A DNA stretch of 63,693 nucleotides, filler included, from Anaerolineae bacterium (GTDB lineage: Bacteria > Chloroflexota > Anaerolineae > B4-G1 > DUEL01): the NCBI GenBank assembly GCA_041082215.1. It is 8 parts of 8 records of this genome, joined end to end, with 100 filler letters (N's around TTAATTAATTAA, not from the genome) between each part and the next. Parts side by side here need not be neighbours in the genome. Positions count along the whole stretch, not along the records: positions 58,811 to 62,321 come from JBDOIF010000019.1; positions 62,422 to 63,693 come from JBDOIF010000035.1; 6 more parts are not named here. The stretch is one strand, 5' to 3'. Positions 59,020-63,693 of this stretch are shown here, piece by piece. The position numbers and the translations under genes are program-made. The notes under the pieces were generated by a model. The model saw only the letters and a list, made by a program, of their open reading frames with translations, was not told where the DNA came from and did no database searches. Positions within the stretch are counted from its first letter, which is position 1. Each line of letters begins with the position of its first letter.

Positions 59020-59483
59020 GGTTGAGTTTGCCCCGGAGCTTTCCCGGAGCCCTGCCCTCGACGACAGGGGTGGAAGCCCAACAGAGTTGGACTCCCAATC
59101 CTGCCGTCGAGGAGGCCCCGGAAGCGTGGCTGCTCCGGCACACCGGAAGGTGCCCTCCCGCCACGAGGGAGGTGTGAGTTGTCTGCCCCCTCCTGGGGGT
59201 GGCCGGGGCCGACATCCCTTTGCAGGGGCGTCAGCCTTTCCCACACCCGGGCAGCGGTCCCCCGAAGGGGCAGGCTCGGTGTGGGATGCCGAAGCAGGAG
59301 AGACTCCTGCCCCGGAGTCCCACACCCAGCCTCCGTCAACCCGGATGACGCCACGGTTTCGTCCTTCTCAGGGCGAAGCGACACACTGCGGGGTGTGCGT
59401 CGGTCAGCCCCGGCCCTGTAGCAAACGGTGCTCTCTGCTCCCGGCCACGTGTGGGCCCCAGGGAACGCCGCGCCGCCCGCTAC
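59020..59483 (-). ncRNA. Candidate large structured RNA (unclassified)
   Basis: Many stems, mostly with G-U pairs on the minus strand; GAGA, UUCG and GCAA tetraloops; no credible ORF. Confidence 0.5.
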
Positions 59484-59957
59484 CTATGGTATCAGGCCGC
59501 CATCCGGCAGCCAGGCCCGCATGCGGACCTGCGCGATCCCCTCCCGTTCCACCACGATGGGCGGAAAGACCTCCGGGAACAGCGGACTCAGGTCTGCCGC
59601 ACAGCGGACGGTGACCGTCTGGTTCAACTGGTCGGCGTAGATGTAAGTCACTCGCACGTGGATGCCCTGGGCGTCGAGATAGTTCGTATTCAGGTTGGCG
59701 TAGTGTTCGGCCCTCCAGTATGGAACCTGGTCGGCGAACCAGACGTAGCCCTCGTTCTCGAAGAGCCGCACCACGATGTCCCTGGACGCCGCCAGCGCGG
59801 CCAGGTCTGCCGCTTCCTGCACCTCGGCGGCGGCGATGGCATAGCGCCCGATGCCGATAGCCAGGCTCAGCAGCGGCAGCATCAGGAAAGTGAAGAAGGC
59901 GGTCCACCAGGTGATGGAATAGCCGCGCCGGTCACGGATCAGGCGGCTCATCACCAT
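59484..59957 (-). CDS. TadG/Tad-like minor pilin
   Basis: RDRRGY prepilin-like N-terminus plus TM; VQEAADLAALAA. Confidence 0.75.
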   Translation of the reverse strand: MVMSRLIRDRRGYSITWWTAFFTFLMLPLLSLAIGIGRYAIAAAEVQEAADLAALAASRDIVVRLFENEGYVWFADQVPYWRAEHYANLNTNYLDAQGIHVRVTYIYADQLNQTVTVRCAADLSPLFPEVFPPIVVEREGIAQVRMRAWLPDGGLIP

Positions 59958-60352
59958 CCCTCCTGCCGTGCAGTGGCTTCCCCGAAGACGGTGAATGGCC
60001 CTGGGGGGATACCCGGAAAGCCGCCGACCAGGTTGGGGACACGGTAGGAGACGCGGATACGGAGCTCTGTCCCCACGACGCCGCCGGGAGCCAGGATCCG
60101 CACCTCCGGCTCGCCGATGGGGAGGGCGCTCTCGGCAAATTCCAGGGCAGCCACATACGCCCGCATGGCCGGGTTGTCCTGGGCCACCGACCCCATCCGC
60201 GCCCCGTGCCGGGCGGCTTCCTTAGCCATCTGCGAGCCGTAGACCACGATGCCGAACTGGACCATCCCCAGCAGGAGGAGAAGCACGATGGGCAGCGTCA
60301 GCGCCGCCTCGGTCAGTTCGCTGGCCCGTCTGTTCAGCAGAAATCGCCTCAT
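59951..60352 (-). CDS. TadE-family minor pilin
   Basis: RASELTEAALTLPIVLLLLLG..AARHGAR. Confidence 0.85.
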   Translation of the reverse strand: MRRFLLNRRASELTEAALTLPIVLLLLLGMVQFGIVVYGSQMAKEAARHGARMGSVAQDNPAMRAYVAALEFAESALPIGEPEVRILAPGGVVGTELRIRVSYRVPNLVGGFPGIPPGPFTVFGEATARQEGW

Positions 60353-60393
60353 ACACACCTCCAGAGACAGGTTTCTCGCTGGCCGGTCGCCGA

Positions 60394-60549
60394 TTACCCG
60401 CCGCCGATGGCGCTGGCAACCCGGTTGAGCACGTCGCTGATGTTGCCCCCCAGGAGTCGGAGCGCGATGATGGCGACCACAACGACCAGCGCCAGGACCA
60501 GGCCGACCTCGGTGAGTTCCGCTCCCTGCCGGTCTTTGAGCAGACGCAT
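60394..60549 (-). CDS. Flp-family type IVb pilin
   Basis: MRLLKDRQG|AELTEVGLVLALVVVVAI; 51 aa; strong RBS. Confidence 0.85.
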   Translation of the reverse strand: MRLLKDRQGAELTEVGLVLALVVVVAIIALRLLGGNISDVLNRVASAIGGG

Positions 60550-60568
60550 CTTTCTCACCTCCTTTCTC

Positions 60569-61144
60569 TCAGAGATAGAACCACACGTACACCAGCCCGG
60601 CCATCGCCACCGCCGGCAGAGCTGGGGACCTGTGTCCAGACCGCGATGGGTGGGCCATTTTCCCCAGGGTAGAGAGGAGCACCCGTGGGGTGGTCCGTCC
60701 GTGTCGTCGGACCACATATACCAGGCTGAATCCCAGCCAGGCCAGCAGCAGCAGCCAGGCCAGGCGGGGATCCGGGAACAGTACCATCAGAGTCATCACC
60801 GTTTTCACATCTGCTCCGCCCAGCACATCCAGGAGCCACAGGACCAGGACAACGATCCACACCGCCGTCGTTGCTTCCATTCCCTGGATGGTAACCTGGG
60901 GCCAGATGGCGACAATCCCCGCAATGCCCAGCGGCCAGGTAATCGGCCATTCGGCCACAAACAGCCCCAGAACCAGCAAGACGGCAGCCGTCCACTCTCC
61001 CCTGACCGTCTGCCAGGCCACCGCTCCCAGGAGCGGCGGGACGGTGGCCCAGTTGGTGACCTGGCCGTGACGGATGTCGGCCAGGGCCAGATAGACCAGC
61101 CAGGCGGAGATTGTCAGACGGAATGCCGCTTCTGCAAGGCTCAT
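60569..61144 (-). CDS. Prepilin peptidase (A24, CpaA/TadV-like)
   Basis: LADIRHGQVTN and LGGADVK aspartate motifs. Confidence 0.85.
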   Translation of the reverse strand: MSLAEAAFRLTISAWLVYLALADIRHGQVTNWATVPPLLGAVAWQTVRGEWTAAVLLVLGLFVAEWPITWPLGIAGIVAIWPQVTIQGMEATTAVWIVVLVLWLLDVLGGADVKTVMTLMVLFPDPRLAWLLLLAWLGFSLVYVVRRHGRTTPRVLLSTLGKMAHPSRSGHRSPALPAVAMAGLVYVWFYL

Positions 61145-61710
61145 CGCGCTGGCTTTCCTCCGGTTGGCTGGGGTACCACGTACAGGTACCAGCGGGCGGT
61201 GCGGGGCAGGGCCTGTTGCTCGACAGGGATGCCATTCTCCTGGGCCAGGAGCGTCCAGATGGCTGCCAGCTCCGCCGCTGCGGTCAGCCCCGACGTGGAG
61301 GCGTCAATCGGGTAGGCCGGGACCCTGCGGGGCCGGTCGCCCAGCAGGCCATCGGCCTGCCGTGCCACTTCAGGCGCGGCGGTGGTGAACACATAGTGGT
61401 CGAAGTTCTTGCCCAGGGCGACCAGAGCGGGAACGGGGCTGGCGGTGACCCTGATCACCTGGTCAATGCCCGCCTGCTCCCCGGTGGCTTCCAGGGCAAA
61501 GCGGCCCAGGCGGGAGACCACCTCGTGGCGATGGACGGTCACCGTTCGGGCCAGTTCTTCCCGCCTTGCTTCCAGACGGGCCAGCCCCAGGTCAAGCGCC
61601 TGGCGGTTCCCTTCGCGGATGGCGTTGCGGATGCGTTCGTTGGTCAACAACACCAGCACCAGGTTGACCGCCAGGAGCAGCACAACCAGAGTCAGCAGCA
61701 ATTCAGTCAT
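61141..61710 (-). CDS. Hypothetical membrane-anchored protein
   Basis: N-terminal TM helix; overlaps both neighbours. Confidence 0.65.
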   Translation of the reverse strand: MTELLLTLVVLLLAVNLVLVLLTNERIRNAIREGNRQALDLGLARLEARREELARTVTVHRHEVVSRLGRFALEATGEQAGIDQVIRVTASPVPALVALGKNFDHYVFTTAAPEVARQADGLLGDRPRRVPAYPIDASTSGLTAAAELAAIWTLLAQENGIPVEQQALPRTARWYLYVVPQPTGGKPAR

Positions 61711-62321
61711 TCCTTCCCTCCAGATAACCGGATAAGAGTTCTGATAGTTGCCCCTCTATCTTTACCCTTTCGCGGATAGCCTGAGCAATGCGGGGTCGTC
61801 CTCCCATCTGCCCCAGAAAGAGCAGGATCACACCCAGGAGAATCCCGAAGGGCCAGGCAGGGGCGACCGGTAGGTCGCCCGTACTTGCCCTGGGGACCAG
61901 CCCGAAGGCGAAGGCCACGTCTGCGGCCATTCCGACCGGCAGGGCCTTTCCACCCCCAACCCCGCTGGCGGGGCCAGGGGTGGGGAGCATTGTCACCGAG
62001 CCGTCCTCCCCGACGCGGACCTCCACCGCCAGCCGGGTCGTCGGCTCCCACCCCGCCCCTGGCCGGTCAACCAGATAGACGGTGTACACCCCCGCCCCCG
62101 GCAGCGTCACCGTCACCACGCCGGAGGGGTCAGGGAGGAGCATCTGTACCCACCCGTCGGGGCCGTCCACCCGCACCCGCAGCCCTGCCAGCCCCGGCTC
62201 TCCCGACTGGCGGAAAGCGTCGGCGTTGGCGTCCTCGAAGACCGCCACCCGCAGGACCACCCCTGGCAGAGGTTCCGGTTCGACCATCGGAGGGGGGGTG
62301 GTCGGCGCTGGTGTCGGTGTT
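61703..62321 (-). CDS. Surface protein C-terminus (SdrD-B/Cna-like repeat plus TM anchor), 5' truncated
   Basis: Pro/Thr linker, VFEDANAD..GEPGLAG, C-terminal TM helix. Confidence 0.65.
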
Positions 62322-62421
62322 NNNNNNNNNNNNNNNNNNNNNNNNNNNNNNNNNNNNNNNNNNNNTTAATTAATTAANNNNNNNNNNNNNNNNNNNNNNN
62401 NNNNNNNNNNNNNNNNNNNNN

Positions 62422-62598
62422 GCCCGGTGTGAAGAGGATCGGGTATCTGGTAATCTCCGCGTAGTCGGTAACGTGCTGGATGGTCGCTTCCAGGTCCGGT
62501 ATCTCCTCGGCCAGGACCTCCAGCGCGGCGACGGCCTGCTGCTCCACCCAGTTACAGGCCTCGCAGCCCGGTCCCAGGACTTTGATGTTCAGCGGCAT
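62422..62598 (-). CDS. Small thioredoxin-like protein (MTH895-type), truncated
   Basis: IKVLGPGCEAC...TPG. Confidence 0.85.
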
Positions 62599-62626
62599 AT
62601 GCTCCCTCCTGTTTCGTAGCGCAAGA

Positions 62627-63082
62627 TTAATCTTGCGCTACAATAATCTCCGGCTCTATGATGACTTCCGACTTGATGGAATTGGCAACCAGACTGTACT
62701 TGCGGGCCCCCTCCAGCGCCCGGAGCACCCGCTTTTCCACGGCCGCCGGGTCCTCGCCTCCCGCGCGCACCACAATCTTCGGCCACAGCCGCACGTGGGT
62801 GAAGATTTCCGTCCGGTCCAGTTCTACCAACTTGGTCCCCTCGGCGCGGCACTCGTAGGAGACAAGGTCCAGTTTGAACCGCTCCGCCGCCCAGAGGAAC
62901 ATCATCATGATGCAGGTGTTGACGGCGGCGACGAAGGCGTCCTCCGGCGTGAGAACGCCGGGATGACCGTGGGCGTCCGGCGGCGCGGAGAAGTCCATTT
63001 CCGGCCCGTTGCCCATGACAACATGGCCCCAATGCTCCCCCTTCCAGGTGACGACGGTGTAGTACGTGGCTGTGCGGCCCAT
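62627..63082 (-). CDS. OsmC-family protein
   Basis: SAPP..G.PG.LTPEDAFVAAVNTC; second Cys replaced (KYSLVANS). Confidence 0.85.
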   Translation of the reverse strand: MGRTATYYTVVTWKGEHWGHVVMGNGPEMDFSAPPDAHGHPGVLTPEDAFVAAVNTCIMMMFLWAAERFKLDLVSYECRAEGTKLVELDRTEIFTHVRLWPKIVVRAGGEDPAAVEKRVLRALEGARKYSLVANSIKSEVIIEPEIIVAQD

Positions 63083-63118
63083 AGGTCTCCTGTGGTAAGA
63101 CAACTGCTTGCAGTTGTC

Positions 63119-63693
63119 CTACATATGCTGGCGGCAGAACTTCTCGTACTCCCGCGCCAGCGCGTCGGCGTAGGCGGCCTCCTCCTCCGGCGGGATGGGG
63201 TTGTAGATGCGGGTGGTCTCCAGAAGCTCCCGCGTCGTCCCGTCGCCGGGCCGCTTGCCGACCTGGTAGAACTGCTCAAAGATAGCCGGCAGCGCGATCA
63301 GCGTGACCGCCCGCCCGTTGACTACCACCTTCTGCACCGGGATGCCGGAGCCACAGGAGCAGAGGGTGATGGTCTCCTCCTCAGCCTCCGGGACCTCCGG
63401 AGCCGGTTCCTCCACAGCGGCCTCCTCCGCTGCCCGCGCCGTCCGGCCCAGGAGTTCGTCCACCAGCCGGGCCACCTCCTGGGCGACCAGGTCGGCGGCC
63501 TGCATCCCGGCCTCGTTCAGCCGCCGATTGCCCCGGATCGGACCCGGGCCGTTCCCCGCCACCACCTCCGTGACAACAATGCTGGCGGCAGGCTTGCCGG
63601 AGTACATCTCCGTCGCCCGCGCCGCGCACCGCTTCTCGCAGCCGTCTATGGCGACCGTCGGATAGAAACGGGCGAAGGCCCGGTCTCCCTCAC
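63119..63693 (-). CDS. DGC-domain putative zinc-binding protein (5' truncated)
   Basis: Frame is open to the window end: VAIDGCEKRCA; additional CSC motif. Confidence 0.75.
   Translation of the reverse strand, partial: EGDRAFARFYPTVAIDGCEKRCAARATEMYSGKPAASIVVTEVVAGNGPGPIRGNRRLNEAGMQAADLVAQEVARLVDELLGRTARAAEEAAVEEPAPEVPEAEEETITLCSCGSGIPVQKVVVNGRAVTLIALPAIFEQFYQVGKRPGDGTTRELLETTRIYNPIPPEEEAAYADALAREYEKFCRQHM

Noticed and set aside
59356..59373. Hammerhead-like CTGAGAA...GAAA on the minus strand
   Set aside because: The core should be CUGANGA and there is no room for stem II; better explained as a GAGA-tetraloop hairpin.
59020..59483. Group II intron or c-di-GMP riboswitch interpretation of the structured region
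   Set aside because: No domain V/VI motif and no complete riboswitch consensus recognised by eye.

Overview
The window is not one continuous locus. It is eight contigs (1-1805, 1906-10684, 10785-20561, 20662-25485, 25586-57230, 57331-58710, 58811-62321, 62422-63693) joined by artificial 100-nt N/TTAATTAATTAA/N spacers. It looks like a GC-rich MAG of an anaerobic Chloroflexota (Anaerolineae-like) bacterium; this taxonomy is inference from gene content. Main content: sugar ABC genes, an IS701-like end, two-component systems, lipA, lipid genes and dnaX-ybaB; a selenocysteine formate dehydrogenase FdnGHI with a SECIS; five toxin-antitoxin modules; a degenerate attC site; the end of a type III CRISPR-Cas locus (csm5, a Csx1-Csx15 in-frame fusion, cas1, cas2, array start); pyrF/pyrE with a leader attenuator; an aldehyde:ferredoxin oxidoreductase cluster; an NrtR-controlled NAD operon; rmd/gmd with a LAGLIDADG intein in gmd; rpoN; and a Tad/Flp pilin cluster containing a ~460-nt highly structured non-coding region. 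A 192-bp MITE occurs five times, two copies with perfect 9-bp target duplications, alongside several REP-like palindrome families. The best novelty candidates are the structured RNA in the Tad cluster, the Gmd intein, the Csx1-Csx15 fusion, the half-Tpt1 gene in the NAD operon, the pyrF leader and the MITE.
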